Positions 20,180-33,769 are shown, counted from the first letter of the whole stretch. The stretch: DNA of 48,618 bases, filler included, from Sphacelaria rigidula (GCA_964200075.2; 3 parts of 3 records of this genome joined end to end with filler, not necessarily neighbours in it), one strand, 5' to 3'. Numbers and translations: made by a program. Notes: generated from the sequence alone by a model not told the origin.

Positions 20180-22790
20180 AGCCGACATTCAAGACCAAGA
20201 GTGCTCCAACTAACTGTCGGGATAGTACCGTACTTGCAGTAGATGATCTTCACTTTACCTCAATATTTTCATCTGCGGCAAGAATCCGCGCCACCAGAAA
20301 GTGGAGGACTGATAGGCATGCGTCTTGGCTACACACAGAGCAGCTTCCTTTGTCTCTGCAGCTGTCGCTCGTATCGAGATATTTCCATGTCGGCGGGAAG
20401 TGTTACAACTGGTGAGATCCTGCGTAAAGCGCATGAGAATGCACACACTGTACGTAGGTGGTATCCAAAATGAGCAGGCGGTAATTGCGCCGCGTTCACC
20501 GACCATGAATACTATCAATGACACGGTTCCACCGGGGTCGATGCGCTGCGGTGGTCGCGCTGCACAGAAGTATTCAAAAAGCTCAAGTTCAAGACCATGG
20601 TTTGCTCCTGATGTTGTGTCTGCGTCGATACACTCGTTCGATTCATATCAATATTTCGCCTCGCGCGCAATCGGCGATTCGCTCGAGACCGCACTATGCA
20701 TTGAACACCTTCACTATGCACAAGAGGTACGATTCACGACTACAGACAAGCTACAGACACCAAATCTCAAAATTTCCCAACAAGCTCAATCAAAACGCGA
20801 AATCAGCATCATCGTCGTTGTCAGCTTCCGATACCGAGTCCTCTCTCTCCGACCCGATGCACTCGGGATCTAAAATCCAATACAGATCCCGGCTGAATCT
20901 TCGGCCCGCGGCCGATATGGGTCCATCTGATCCACCATCGCAACAGTTGCGCCTGGTATAATAGGATATGTTCCTGGATCCGACCCTCCTCCCACCACCT
21001 TCCCACATTCGCGCCATCAAGACTCCCCATCATGACTCATATAACAGCTGCCCCCGACACGTTCCTGCTCGCTCCGTTCGCGGCGACCCTTTCACTCTCA
21101 CGTTGTTTTGATCAGTTTCCCAGTACAGCAGCGAAGAAGTGAACGCAACATAGTAGAGGCGAATTGGGGTTTCAAGTGGAAACCCGACGCCAGTGGCAAA
21201 GTGATAAAGCCAACGGTACGAGATTGAACCTCTAGAGGTCTTTTTACCAATAACAAATGCTGCGACAGTTATCCTTCTCGTAGCATTGAGGAACACGAGT
21301 AGATGGGATCTTAAGCTTTTCGACCTCCATGGGACAAGCGTTCGTACAGTCGGGCTTGGACTATGAAGTTGTATTTGGGATTGCCACCCGGATGTGGATC
21401 AATGTCAGGCAAAATCGTCCGACTAAACAAGTCGCTTTACAGTCTCCCACAATCCGCCAGGCAGTCAGCTATGCAGGCTGTTGGTGTCGAAGCTTGCAGG
21501 AACGGGCTTCGAGCAGTGTCCACCGGTCCGGTTAGTAGTTGGTGATGACTTCGTCGGAGCGGTTGTTTTTACACGTACATGACATTTGGGCGGGGGGGGG
21601 GGACAAGTAGCTTGGGAAAGATGGTGGTGGAGATTCTGAGTGACACACTGCTAACAAAATATGTGGGAGACCTCAGATGGTACATGGGAGTCGAGTACAA
21701 ACGCAACAGGGAGAACGGAATCATGGTGCTGCCGCAAACAAGCTACATTAAAAGCCCCCTCGGACGCTTTGATATTCCCCACCCCACCTCTCTGTCCGCT
21801 TCTGCGTCCGTGAAAATTTGATCCGTGCATGATCAGAAACATCTTGAGGGCGTGCCATTCCGCGAGGTGGTGGGATGCTTGATGTGGATCGCAAACCAGA
21901 CCAACCCTGGCATCGCCATTTCCGTCAGAGCCGTAGCGGAAAACTCCAACGAGCCGACGGGATCCCACTAAAAGGCAGCCAAGAAAAATACATAATATCT
22001 GCACGCAACGGCAAACCTAAAGCTCACGTACCATGCGACATCTAGAGCGAACATGGGAATAACCGTATATGCAGCTGCAGACTACGCCAAAGGTGCAAGA
22101 CCATCGGTATCGGGAGGGGAAGTGTTGTGTGGTAGTTCACCCGTAACATGGTCTTCAAGAACGCAGAGATGCATTGCGAGTCATCCTACGATAGGGGGGG
22201 GGGGTATTTGATTGCACGAAAAAAGAGGCTTGAATGCGTGTCAGACGACCTGCCACACTCGCGGTGCACTTGTATTTGGTTCAAAACGGTGTCAATCGGT
22301 ATGAACGAGCGTTTTATATCTATAACAAGCTCCTTCGAGCTACCGTTGCTCCTTTCAAGCACGATTTGACTTGGAAATCCATGCAAGAAGTGGCCCAAGA
22401 TACCCCCCCCCCTTATTATCGTAGGATAACTCTTGCACTGTCCAGTACTGATGCTGAACATGTCGCGATGGGATATGGGGTAGGAGAGGATTTGTGCGTG
22501 CACGGAAAATGTACATATTTTTCAACTGGTGAGAAATTGAACGGTGTCAAGGGTGTTTGGGGACAACGAAGGAGCGATCGCCGTAGCCGGATATCCTGTG
22601 AATAAACAGCAAGCGTATTGATACCGTTATCGTTTTTTTCGGGAGTTAAAATGAAAAGAAATGTGTAGGTTGAGCACGCGATCAACGAAGAACACCGTCA
22701 TCATTTTGGCACTACCGTTGCCACGTATGGCAGTCACGCGCCTCGGTTCAACATATCTTTTCTAGCGGCCCACGGGTAAATTTGTGGAGG
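20180..22790 (+). mobile_element. Decayed Ty1/Copia pol remnant (weak integrase trace, RT, RNase H)
   Basis: Across frameshifts: NIVEANWGFKWKPDASGKV, QAFVQSGLD, LPPGCGSMSGKIVRLNKSLYSLPQSARQ, GDLRWYMG, PFREVVGCLMWIANQT, ADYA, VTWSSRTQRCI/ALSSTDAEHVAM, DNEGAIA, KRID. The region 20180-21050 is less certain. Confidence 0.88.
22178..22432. mobile_element. 255-bp MITE with GAG...CTC termini and 4-bp TSD (TTGC), Sola-like
   Basis: TIR GAGTCATCCTACGATA / GAGTTATCCTACGATA (15/16) followed by G runs. TTGC lies on both sides; removing the element plus one TSD restores the Copia frame RCIALSS. Confidence 0.88.
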
Positions 22791-23120
22791 GTCGTACCAC
22801 GCAAAAGAGCGCCCACGCGCAGCATTGCATTTCCCCCTCATCGAGGCATCCCTCCGACGCTGAATCACGCGAGGTGGTGGGAAGATTCAGTTGTGGTCCC
22901 TCACAACCTGCTACCCGCCTCGCCCATGAGCATTGAATCACCTAGCCCATCACCTTCACGTACATCACGTAGCATCCATGTTACACATGATGAGCAAATA
23001 TCGACTGTCCCAGATCACGCGGAGTTTCGATGGAGAGATACCCATGGGGGAGGACATGCGTGATAGCGTGAGGACCATCAGGTCCGTCAGCTCTATCCGT
23101 CATACGGTACCGCCCCCTTA

Positions 23121-23315
23121 TGCTCCGTCTCGAAAGAGATGCGTGGTCGATGGTCAAACGACGAAGGCGAGCAACAAATGAGTATGCCCCCCCCCCCCCC
23201 CCCCCGACCCAAGCCTGGTCCGGCGAAAACCCGGCGTGCTCCGTCCCGGTATTGTCGGGATGCGAGGTCAATGGTCTTATGACTATGGCATGCATGATCA
23301 TGAGTACACCCCCCC
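23121..23315 (+). repeat. Two tandem copies of the dispersed TGCTCCGTC... module
   Basis: Homologous to 9655-9727. The inter-copy segment TGGTCCG..GAAAACCCGGC.TGCTCCGTCC also occurs at 47953-47985. Confidence 0.75.
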
Positions 23316-25203
23316 GACCCCCATTCACGAAGTCCTGAAATGAAGATGTCATGCCGAACTTCGGTTTATCGGACAACCCCTTCCCGATCGATGTGTCACT
23401 TGTGAGCTCGTTACATCCACCACAGGAGGAGCTGCAATGGACGAGGACCCTTTTTGAAATATCTTGTCGCTGTTGAACGATAATCAAGGATGGGGGCAAG
23501 TGCGGAACTGCGGTCTTGCAGGACTGTGCCGTGAAGAAAGTCCTGGCAATGCAGGGTAAGCCCCCCTCCGACGATAGAATACCAAAACGCCATCATGGAC
23601 GTGAAGACCTCTACATTTGACTCAATTCATTAATCTCGTTTGTCGTTTTAAACTTCACAATCCGCCACCCTTGCGAATATCACTCATACTCTCTACCTCA
23701 GCCGTTTTTCTCAAAATAGTCCACGTTCCCAACGATTAAAATGAAACCATGATCAATTTCACCACGAGGGCATCGTGCAAGGAGGGGGCAGAAGGCCCTC
23801 AACACGCACCAAAGTACGGGCCCGAAACAGTCAAATCATGACCACACAACCGCGAAACCGACACATCCGGAGCAGAGTCAATTTACCGGATTTTCGGTCG
23901 GCAGGATTTACTCGCCACGTAGTGGACAACGAGGTTGGTCGAACATCCCCGACCGCAATGGTGAAACGACGCGAAATTCATTCCACTTGGAAAATATTAT
24001 CGCACGTCATTTTGATCAATGACACATTTGGTCGACTCCAGAACAAAATCCCCACTTCAATACACAACACCACACAGCATGATACAGCATGCATAACGCG
24101 CGCCAACATACACTTGCCACTACGGGAGAACTACCGCTCATCAGCGCTGGGTGTATAGAGACGGCTCTCCGCGAGAGCCCCCCCCATCGGCACCTAATTC
24201 TTGCAGTCCAGCTGCAAAATGTCCGATGTTGCTGAGCCAACGTTCAACGCTCTCTACACCCGTTCCAAGTTTCCCGATATACCGCTGGCTCACGTACAGA
24301 CATGAAACTCCCCCCCCGCCTGCTTTCCCCAAATGGGAAGCCCAACTTAACACCACGGCGTGATTCTATCGCCACGCAATTTTAATCGTGCGTTCCATCC
24401 CAAAAAAGCACGCGACATGCACCACGATCCTGTTCCCACGACAGGTATTCGACGATGAGAACAGTCGTTCACACCAGTCAATACACGAAGTGGTGCATCA
24501 GGATACGTGAGCTCAAATGGGCTGCTTCGCGGTCGGAGGCTTAAATATTTTACAGTCATGCCCGGCTCCCAAGTTCACATGATGTGCCTGAGGAGACCGC
24601 ACGTACAACTCAATATTACACTTACTACTAATGAATGTACATCGGCCCCGAATGTTGCCGATGAAACCATTTGCCCGAAGCGAAAGTACATGGTACGTCG
24701 CAAGGTCGTACACTTCGGACTATAAATGTATCACACTCTCTACACATGAATGGAGCTTTGATGCGCGGGACGTGTACGCAACACAAATTTTCACGCCAAG
24801 CTCAACCATGATGTTGACTTACTTCTTACGAAATAATACATAAAGATACGTATTTTATACGGTTTTTAAATCGCTTCAAAATTAAATAAATAAGTTTCTC
24901 GGCACCATCGACACACGAATATATGAGTGAAAAAAACTCTTCTGACTTGAGAGTGAAACATCCTGTACACTTGCGATGTACCGTTTAAATATGTCGTTAC
25001 TTGTACGTTTAGGGGCACGAGTACACAAAACCCGCTGGTTTCGTTCAACCTTCGTAGAGCGGTAAAGGGTGGTGTGAGGGTGACTCGAGCAGCCGGCAAC
25101 CGTTTTCGACTTTACTCTGTCCCGAACCAGCATATGCAACAGTTCGTGAGCTTTGTTCACCAATACAGACTGTCCAATAACGCCAACAGCTGCTGCTGGG
25201 TCA

Positions 25204-28200
25204 TCACACGAACTTGTACACAGAAATTGACCATCGTCCACCGCAGGTCGCCGATAGGTCGCCAGCGCAGGGCCTGTCGCAGGTACCATCGCCGAGCCTT
25301 GTGGGGTCGTCGTCGTCCGATCCACAGTAGCACTGCGCAAAAGAGGGCCGTACGTGCGAGCCACGACCGTTTGCGTCAATGAGGAAGATGTCTGTATGTA
25401 ATCATGATAAGGTGACGGTGATTATGACAGTTACGCTTGTCTTTCCCGGGTGGATTTTTCTAGGAAGCCCGTTCGGGGTTCTTCTCCCCACTTCACTTCT
25501 CGCAAAAGCAGGCAATAGTAGGATATGGTACGTTAGCAAGCAGCGCGTAGCGCGGGGAAAAGCTGTGTCCAAGTCGCACCACACGAAGCTACGCTACGTT
25601 CACCACACCAAACATCAAGTGTTTAGATACCTTGACTGCAGCACGGGTACACGAAGACACCGAATCCATCAGGACGCGTGATACAAATGCACACAAACTT
25701 TCCAGCACCGTTTAGCAACCCTCACCTCATCGGAGTATTCGGTGCCGAAGAACGTGAATCCTTCGCAAAGGGCGGCGCATTCCTGCGAACGAGATCAAGG
25801 TGAGGTTGAGAAGACGAACGGCGTCATCGCACGTACAGTTGTGGGGACTCATCTCGTCATAGTTCTACCCGTAGACACGAGAGACTCCACGGCTCAACAC
25901 TTTCGATACAAATGCAGGCGCGTGCACCGTCGGTAGCTGCAGGGTAAGAGATAGCAACAGCATGTGCAATTTTCCCGCCAGTTGGAGTGTGGACCGAAGA
26001 TGGTAGTTTGTGGTGTTGCCGCAAACGGGGTAAGAATTGCCTCACAAGTGCATTTATAGAATTTACGTGTGCATGCCTCCAATACCGGCCATGGAAGTCA
26101 AGATCGCGACATCTTCGTGGTGAAAGGGTTTCAAAAGATTCATGACTCGTGAGGCCGCGCCGGGATTCCCTCACCTTGTTCGTCATTGTTGAGTCTTCTA
26201 TTCTTCGCCCGGTCAAAACACGCGACTTCGCGTCTACGAAGCAACCAAGCTCCTCGTACTCGAGGGTTTCTGGATCATCGGAGTCGATGCCCGGCCCCTC
26301 CGCGAAATCATCATCCCCGTTCTCGCAGACGTCACCGCAGGGCAGGTAGTAGACATTATTTGATTGGTCGATCATCATGATCTCACCCTGTTTACAGAAA
26401 AGGGGTCCGTGACATGCGAGAATTGACGGCGACATCGGAGAGGACGTGGGATGCATATTCTCGCTCTGGTACTGTACGACTACGCCGTGTTCTCGAACTA
26501 TTCCAATTGCAGGCAGTGTCACGCCTACACCGATAATACCAGAGAGAATGGTACATTACGGAGACTTGACCCCGAGGTTGATAAGTTGGCCTTATTGTTG
26601 TTGTTGTCTCCACATGAAAAACCGTTCCGATATCTGCGTGGTACATACGTACTGGGCATCTGATGCGGACGCCTTCGGTGGTCACAGGCTTGCCACCTGT
26701 AAAAAAGTATGATAAAATCAAAGAAAAACAAAAAAAAGACCCAGAAGCAGACTCCCGACCGCGATACAAGCTGAACAGAGAGGGGCATGTTTAGGCTAAC
26801 CTCACAAGATCCGGTGCCGCACGTGGCCATTCGGACTTCATGGGGTGGCGCCCGACTTTCCAAGTCGACGCGCGAGGCCAAGTAGAAATAAACATAGGGT
26901 CCGACTACGGGTGAAATTCAAGGCCCGAAGACCGCCAAAGTTCTAAGAATTGCAAGGGCCTGCTCACGTTGATGTCCTCAGAAAAGGAAACCACTTGTAC
27001 GCTCCCGTCGCTGATGATCGTGCCCGGAACCCACGTGCCGTCGCTCTGCTCCTTTATGTAGTATACATTCCTAGAACGATTGATCGAGGCAAGCATGGCA
27101 AGAAGAGATTAGCGGTCATTTGTACACGATGCGCGCATACTCGAAAATATGTATCGGGTCGCAGGACACACCAGGTTGGTCGAGGTTTCGGTGATGCACA
27201 TGCGCGGTTGGCGTGATCGATTGTCACCCCTTCATGAGGAGATCCGAACGAGGGATCATGGTGACACTTTTTGCAAGCAGTGCGTTCGTCTCTGGAATTG
27301 TCGAGAATTCGCAACGTTACCTTCACGAGTGAGATGTAGTTTGTAAACTCCCTACCCTCACCCTGCAAACATGTTCCAAGGCTGAGAATAATCGAATAAT
27401 ACTCTCCCCAGATCAAGGGATGGTAGCATCTTACAGAATCACGACGAACTAGACCCACCTGGCCTCGTAGTCGGCAAAGATGAAGGCCCCGTATACGTCT
27501 TGATCAGCGTAGGCTTGTCCCCTGTAGACGTAGCCCCCTGGTACAAACGCGAAAGTTACACGCAAGAAACAGGGTCGAGTCTCCGCTGTGTACTATTTCT
27601 CGTAGTGAGCGAGAGATGTTGAGGCGTGGGTGACCAGTCGAGGAACCATTTGCATCTTCAGACTGAATCCTTTACTTTACAGCAATCAGGTCAATACAGT
27701 GTTGAAATTTACCGATGCAATGAATCGAGTGACCGCTTTCACGGCCAAGAGCCGACAGTAGCGATGTGTCGAGATTTCGTGCCGTGCACTGCTGGTGTTC
27801 GTCGTCTGCTCACCGATTACAGCGTTTCCGACGACGAATCGATCTCCACACGGGTTGTTGCCGTCAGTGAATAACGCGTCTGAGTCATCGTAGGAGTAGT
27901 CGAAGTGACAGTACTCGAATATCGGGGGAGTGTAGAAGGATCTGTCTGCGCCCTCACAAGAGCCGTCCCGCATTTGTGAAAATTCCGTGCAGCGACTTCC
28001 CTCGAACCGCGACCATCCGTAGTTGTTACCGCACCTGAAACCAAGCACAAGCCGGCGCATACGACGTAGGGTTTGGTTACAACATGCAAGATGACCTCGC
28101 CAGTCCACTGTGAAGAATACTCATTTGTCACCATGATACCCTCGTAGTTTTGGCGCTGCTGATGGGTGCGGGGTGAACCATAGCCGAATGTTGGAACACC

Positions 28201-31200
28201 CCACTCTTGTGAGAAATTCTTGATTTTCCGTCGACCTTTCCGGTTCGCCCGTCTCGTGACAACAGTAGTTGGCAGTCGAGTCATTTAGTCCAGACACTGT
28301 TGGCAGATAAAATACTACTTTGGATGTATAAAATAACCTCATATCCTACGAAGCCGTAAGTACGCCCCACTGCTACCGACAAGGCGAGAACGCCGCTGCT
28401 CACTCAATCTTGTAGATGCTCTCCAGTTTAGCATCTCCGACAGATCCACAGTACAAATCATCAGTGTCTCTGTCGAAGCCACATCTCCAGTGACTGCGGA
28501 GACCGATCGCGCAGATCTCCGGCAACTCTGATCATTGCAATTTCCAACACAAAATGTGCAGAGCGGATGGGGCGGAGGTGAAGGAGAAACGTTGGGGGGT
28601 TTGGAGCATTCGCCCCACACAATAGTTGGACGACGGCGTTCCACTTTAGCTTCAACTAGGCCGTGGCGGACTAGGAGGGGCCCAAAATAATGGAGCGGAA
28701 GTAATGCTACGACAGAAGAGCGCGCGCGCGGGGGGGGGGAGGGGGTACTCTATTTTCGGCCATTTCTTCGATGAAATTTTACCTCAAAATCGTCGTCGAA
28801 AGCAGCAACGCTTATCCGGACGTGCTGTTCCTCACGCGTCCGTACCACTCGACATCAATTTCACCCGAATACGAATGCACCGTGAGTACTGTAGCTACTG
28901 CAACTGCAATTTACACACCTCCCGGGTAGTTCCCAGACGGCACGTCGTACCCTGAGCCGTCCGACGGAACAGAAATACGAATTACGGACCCAAAAAGGGT
29001 ATCGGTTCTCTGGGCGTGGTTCATGGGATCTTCTTGCGGTCCACCGTCACCGATACTCCAGTAGAGATCATGCGAGCCAGCCTGGATTTTCGGTCAACCG
29101 AGGAAGAGAGAGTTCGGCCAACTATGTGATGAAGGCGACCAGGGGTGTGCTGGATGCGCCTGCAGCAATTGAGCGGACGTAAGGCTGAAAAACAGGAGAC
29201 AAGAGGACCAGACCACGAAAAAAATAGAAAAAAATCGTGTCAGCAAAAACCACACCCTGGACACCAGATTACATTGTCAAAAATGTACTGCGCTTAGTAT
29301 GGACTCCGTTGTCTATTGCAACACTCGCAATATAGGCAACACTGTCCGGTACGGTTTTTGACAGTGCAATCTGTTGTCATTATCCAGGGTATGGCAAAAC
29401 CTCTCGTGGTGAAAGCGTGACGTTTGCATGCATCTTACGCTGGATCCGTAGTCGGAAGGTTTGAAGCCCAGCCAGCCTCCATTGTGCAGATAGTCTAGTC
29501 GGGCTTCAGAGGTGAGCAGGATATCTTCCGACTCGCGGGTGCCATCCGGGTCTTGACTATAGTACTGGAACTTAGATAGCCGGTTGCGGATGACCTGCGG
29601 AAGGTATGCCAGCAACAGAGGGGGAAAGGACAGGAGAGGAACAAAATGATAAAATCTTACACCCGCATCAGTGAAACTGGCGTTTCAACGATTGGCGTTC
29701 CCTGTCTCGGAATACTACTCGGTATGAGCAAGTGCAGTGAAGGATCATTGTAGGGTGATGATAACGTCGATCGCTTTACCATGTAAAAGGTACTCAGTTT
29801 CTGCAGGTTTCGAGCAACTTCGTTGCTTTTCCTCCATGGTCCCACACGCACGCAACCCGCTTTCTACGCTCTCGAATAACCCATAAGGCTGAGTGGTGAG
29901 CACTTCGGCACAATTTTACAAAGAGTACAGGGCTCATCAACACTCGTCTTGCGTGTCCAGAGGTGGCTGCCCATCAACATCACCACGCCCTCACATCGTC
30001 TTGGATGGTGTAGCTGACGTAAAAGTAGCCGTTCGTCTCGAACATCGGGTTGAACGCGAAATCGAGGAGCCCCTGATGTCGAGGAGGGAGCAGGGGAACG
30101 GGGGAGGCGAGGTAGCATCCACGGGATGAGCCAAAAGACGGAGCCGCGACATGGATGCGATTTGAATACGAATTGGCCAAAGAGACCCCGTAAACGCTGA
30201 AGGAGACATGAGGCGTCGGTATGGTTGCTAACCGAGACGGAGGCGCCGTGCACGGGATGTTTTATACAGAATTGAGTCTTCGACGATCGCGTGTACTCAC
30301 CTCCTCAGGACTTCCGTCGTAGAAAATGCCTCCCGAGAGGTCCATCACCATGGTGCTTGATGCCATGGAGGTTGCATCCACCTACCCATCCGGCAGTATT
30401 CCGTTTGAATACGATAGGTTTTGGAACAGGAAGCAGAGAGCGAAGACAGGAAGCTCGTGGGTTCGACGTGTCGATGTGTACTCTTCTTTTCATGGGCTGC
30501 TGCATGGGCGCGAGGCATTCCTACTTGGGCTGGCGGGGTTGAGGGTTGGCTTGGAGGTATCGACAAGGCTGGGTTGCATGATTGAGCCCAGCGTCAAAAC
30601 GGAACGGGTTAAGGAGTCCACACCTGTGTAGATAAACGGGGGCACTAGAGCAGTTCGACTTCGCGATCGACCAAGGAAACGGACAGCTGAAGCCTAGTCG
30701 CGATCAAGATTGAGACACGCACTACAGAAGGAAGGTGGGGTAACTCCTGTCTTGACCTTCCCCCTGTGTGGCCGAAAGGTGTAGACTGGCGTGCGGAATA
30801 GATAGGATGACAACACCCCCCCCTCGCCCCCAAAGTATCCCCACGAATTTGCAACAGGCTTGAATACCTCGCGACTGACCTCTTTAATGCTGCCTTCTTT
30901 CCCAGAGAGCCAAAACGCATCGCCGCCAGGCGTCTGGTGCATGGCAAGGGTAATAGCTGGCTTGTCACCGCCGGGCAAATCCGGAAACACCAGCGTGTTT
31001 CCAGAGTCGAACAGCATTGCTGAAAATACGAACGGAAACGCGCAGGGAAACGGCCGGGGTATCGTTCATGCGTGTTTCAGTTTGTCTGGCAAGAGAAGAG
31101 GCGGTGCGAGAGTGTTGATTCCACCCGCGACTATACCCAAATGCAAGGCGCTGATTCCCCGAGACCACGGACTGGTCCCCAGGATGCTGAGGGATTGGAG

Positions 31201-33648
31201 GCGAGATGAACGAAAAAAAACGTCATGGTGAGCTGGGAAACATACTACGCTCCAAGGCTTCTGGGCATTTGCCACCACCACCACCAGCATGTGTTTCATT
31301 TAGATGTACGCTTTTGGCAGATGATCTGGACATGAAGTGTAAAGTGTTACTCTTCGCCCCATCACCCGTGAGTTGACACCACTTGAGTGACATATTTTGT
31401 GAAGTTGATCCGTACGAACCGGCAAATTTTAGATGGCGTTGTTTTCTTCCGTTCCGAAAAATTCAGGTGAACTGAGAGTCGACAGAGAAGTACGCCCCGT
31501 GCGTAGATCTAAGATTGTTGCCTATCTCTGCATGTGGTTGAGGCGGGTGGGTGGTGTCTTCAGAATCAGAAAACTGCCTTCAAGTGTCATTTCTCGGTAA
31601 GCAGGAGCCCGGAAGCGACCTGTAGCTTTGGGCGTAGATTTATTGTCGTTTTTTTCGAACTAATAATAATACTAACCTCGATCCAAGGCGTACGAAACTT
31701 TAGAGCGAGAGGGGTGCATAGGTTCCCCTGGCAAAGTGTGGGTTGGCAGACCTCAAATCGATGCCGGAGGCGCCGATTTCGACCAAAACACATCGTTGCT
31801 GGACGAGCTGGGTCCACTGCTTCACCTGCCTCAAACCATGAATATCTCAGAACTTTCTTCAGGCTAAAATCAAGTAGCCATGCCGTCAACCGTAAATATA
31901 CGCCCAGAAATTATAGATCTACTACCGGGAGCCAGTTACTAACCCTTTTGGAACTCACAATGGAATACTGATAATTTGCAATTGACGGTTTTTTGAGCAA
32001 GATATGGTTGATGGTTCACAGCTTAGGCCGGATGTTATGGCAAACAGATTTTTGACACACGGATTGTTCACCTTGGGGACATTTGATCCCCTTTTTGACC
32101 CCCAAACAGGGAATATCGCCAACACACCTCTCGGACACTTTTCATCACCCCACAGAGAGGGGCCTAGTCTCCTTTTCAGATTCGCTTGGGTCCGGGGTTT
32201 CGAGTTTGGCCGCTGCACAAAAGTTCGTGCGCAAAAATCTGTGCTTGCCGATCCACAGATTACTGGGCAAACTTGCGGGGGTCGGCAAGCACAGATTTTT
32301 TCCCACGAATTTTCGATCAGCGGCAAATCTCGAAACCTCGGAGCCAAGCGAATCTGAAAAGCAGACTAGGCTCCTCTCTGTGNNNNNNNNNNNNNNNNNN
32401 NNNNNNNNNNNNNNNNNNNNNNNNNNTTAATTAATTAANNNNNNNNNNNNNNNNNNNNNNNNNNNNNNNNNNNNNNNNNNNNCTGATGATCTTCTTGCAA
32501 CAAAGTTGACAAATGAAATCATGGCTCTTTTTTCGTGCATCCAAATACCCCCACCCCTATCGTAGGATGGCTCTAAAATATCCTCTGGGGGGGGCTAGGT
32601 GTCCGAAACATTTCTCCGTGCTGCCCCCTGGTTACACACGAATATATATCGCAAGTATACCACACCCTCGGGGTACATCTGTATAATGTGGGTGGCTCGT
32701 CCCTATATCCAGAGATCTGGAGGGATATCGGGTGCAATCTCGGGTACGCATAGGATAGTCAAAATATCCGGATATGATATTTCTTATGCGAGATTGCAGA
32801 CAAATGCAAGAATGTTTTACCCAATATATAACCCCAACCCTTGCGGTCCGTTATGTTGAAACATATGACCGTCCTGACATCTCCTTGGCGTATATCATAA
32901 TTAGTATATATTTCTCGTCGATTTACATGTGTTGGGTTCCTAGTCTTGTACCGTTATTTGCTTCTTTCATGAACGTGGAATATTTGTTACTATTTTCACG
33001 AATATCAAATGTGACGCAACGCAAATTAAAGCCAAAGCGTCACATTTGTGCATGTACTCATCGCTGCTACTTCATTCCCTAGTACACGCCTCTTCTAAAT
33101 TTCCTATAAACTTCGTGTTATACGCAAAGCTCGACGCCTGTCCCTCTCGGTCCGACTACGGTCTTCATTTACTTTTCACCGCAATCGTAAGTACTCTTTT
33201 CAGAATTAGATTTGTACGTCCAAAGTTCAGCTATTATAGTAGGCTAGCAATACGGCGGGGGACCACGACGGGAGCCCAGATTTGACTTGACTTTTGAGCA
33301 CAGCTCCCCACGTGATCCCCGCACCCCACCGTAGTACTAGCCTGGCTTAACTCTCGACGTGAAACGTGAAACAAGAATGTGTAACGTTGCTCCGACGTTC
33401 GAGATTGGCCGCTGAACCAAAATTTGAGCGCAGAGTCTGTCCTTGCCGAGCCCTGCCGGTGTGGGATAGGAAGATGAAAAACCTAATTACATGACAAAAA
33501 ACTATATGAAACCTCCGATCGATACATTCAGCGGGTGACGACGATTTTCGGCGTGCACATTTCCCGGAGCACAGAGATGCGATACATACGCCCACCTTCA
33601 CCAAATTCGTAGTCGGAATCTTCACTCGCCCGACAGCCGCCGTGATAC
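25204..33648 (-). CDS. Glucose/sorbosone dehydrogenase (soluble aldose sugar dehydrogenase / HHIP-like beta-propeller) with C-terminal WSC domain; 5'-incomplete, 533 aa reconstructed from 13 exons
   Basis: Exons 33648-33590, 31019-30880, 30381-30301, 30072-29995, 29594-29439, 29081-28919, 28527-28404, 28034-27814, 27537-27459, 27070-26968, 26387-26175, 25782-25726, 25332-25204. All are GT-AG and phase-compatible. Motifs: EEGLLDFAFNP, YFYVSYT, HNGGWLGF, LYWSIGDGG, GLRSHWRCGFDR, GNNYGW, IGGYVYRG, FIFADY, SFSED; WSC motifs LGCFVD..RVL...MT..CAALC...FFGTEYSDECYCG...CDRPCAGD...CGG...ISVY. The exon at 33590-33648 is the least certain. Confidence 0.9.
30665..30820. repeat. Intronic copy of the dispersed repeat family also at 16325-16545
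   Basis: Shared sequence blocks, same orientation. Confidence 0.7.
32151..32382. repeat. Centre of a long palindrome / foldback element whose right arm runs into an assembly gap
   Basis: CACAGAGAGG.GCCTAGTCT...AAAATCTGTGCTTGCCGA pairs with TCGGCAAGCACAGATTTT...AGACTAGGC.CCTCTCTGTG up to the N run. Confidence 0.85.
32524..32573 (-). mobile_element. Terminus of a second copy of the 22178-22432 MITE family
   Basis: Reverse complement GAGCCATCCTACGATAGGGGTGGGGGTATTTGGATGCACGAAAAAAAGAG matches the left end of the 22178 element. The other end is lost in the gap. Confidence 0.8.
33241..33343. repeat. Small imperfect hairpin / MITE relic in GSDH intron
   Basis: AGGCTAGCAATACGGCGGGG...GGGAGC pairs with GCTCCC...CCCCACCGTAGTACTAGCCT. 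Confidence 0.6.
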
Positions 33649-33769
33649 CTAAAATATGCAGTGTCGAAATGGGCGCATCGACACGCATTTACGGGCGGTA
33701 GTTGTTGTGTGCCATGCGTTATGGTTTGGCGTGTATGTCTGACATGCTCAAATCGCGGAACGGGGGAAT

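Noticed and set aside
31066-31299. MKHMLVVVVANAQ... as the GSDH signal-peptide exon
   Set aside because: Its nearby donors are phase 0, whereas the 31019 exon needs phase 1; the 33590-33648 exon fits instead. Not fully excluded as an alternative start.
33649-33715. Tiny first exon MAHNNYRP with a 44-nt intron
   Set aside because: Phase-compatible, but the intron is far shorter than any other in this window and there is no signal peptide.
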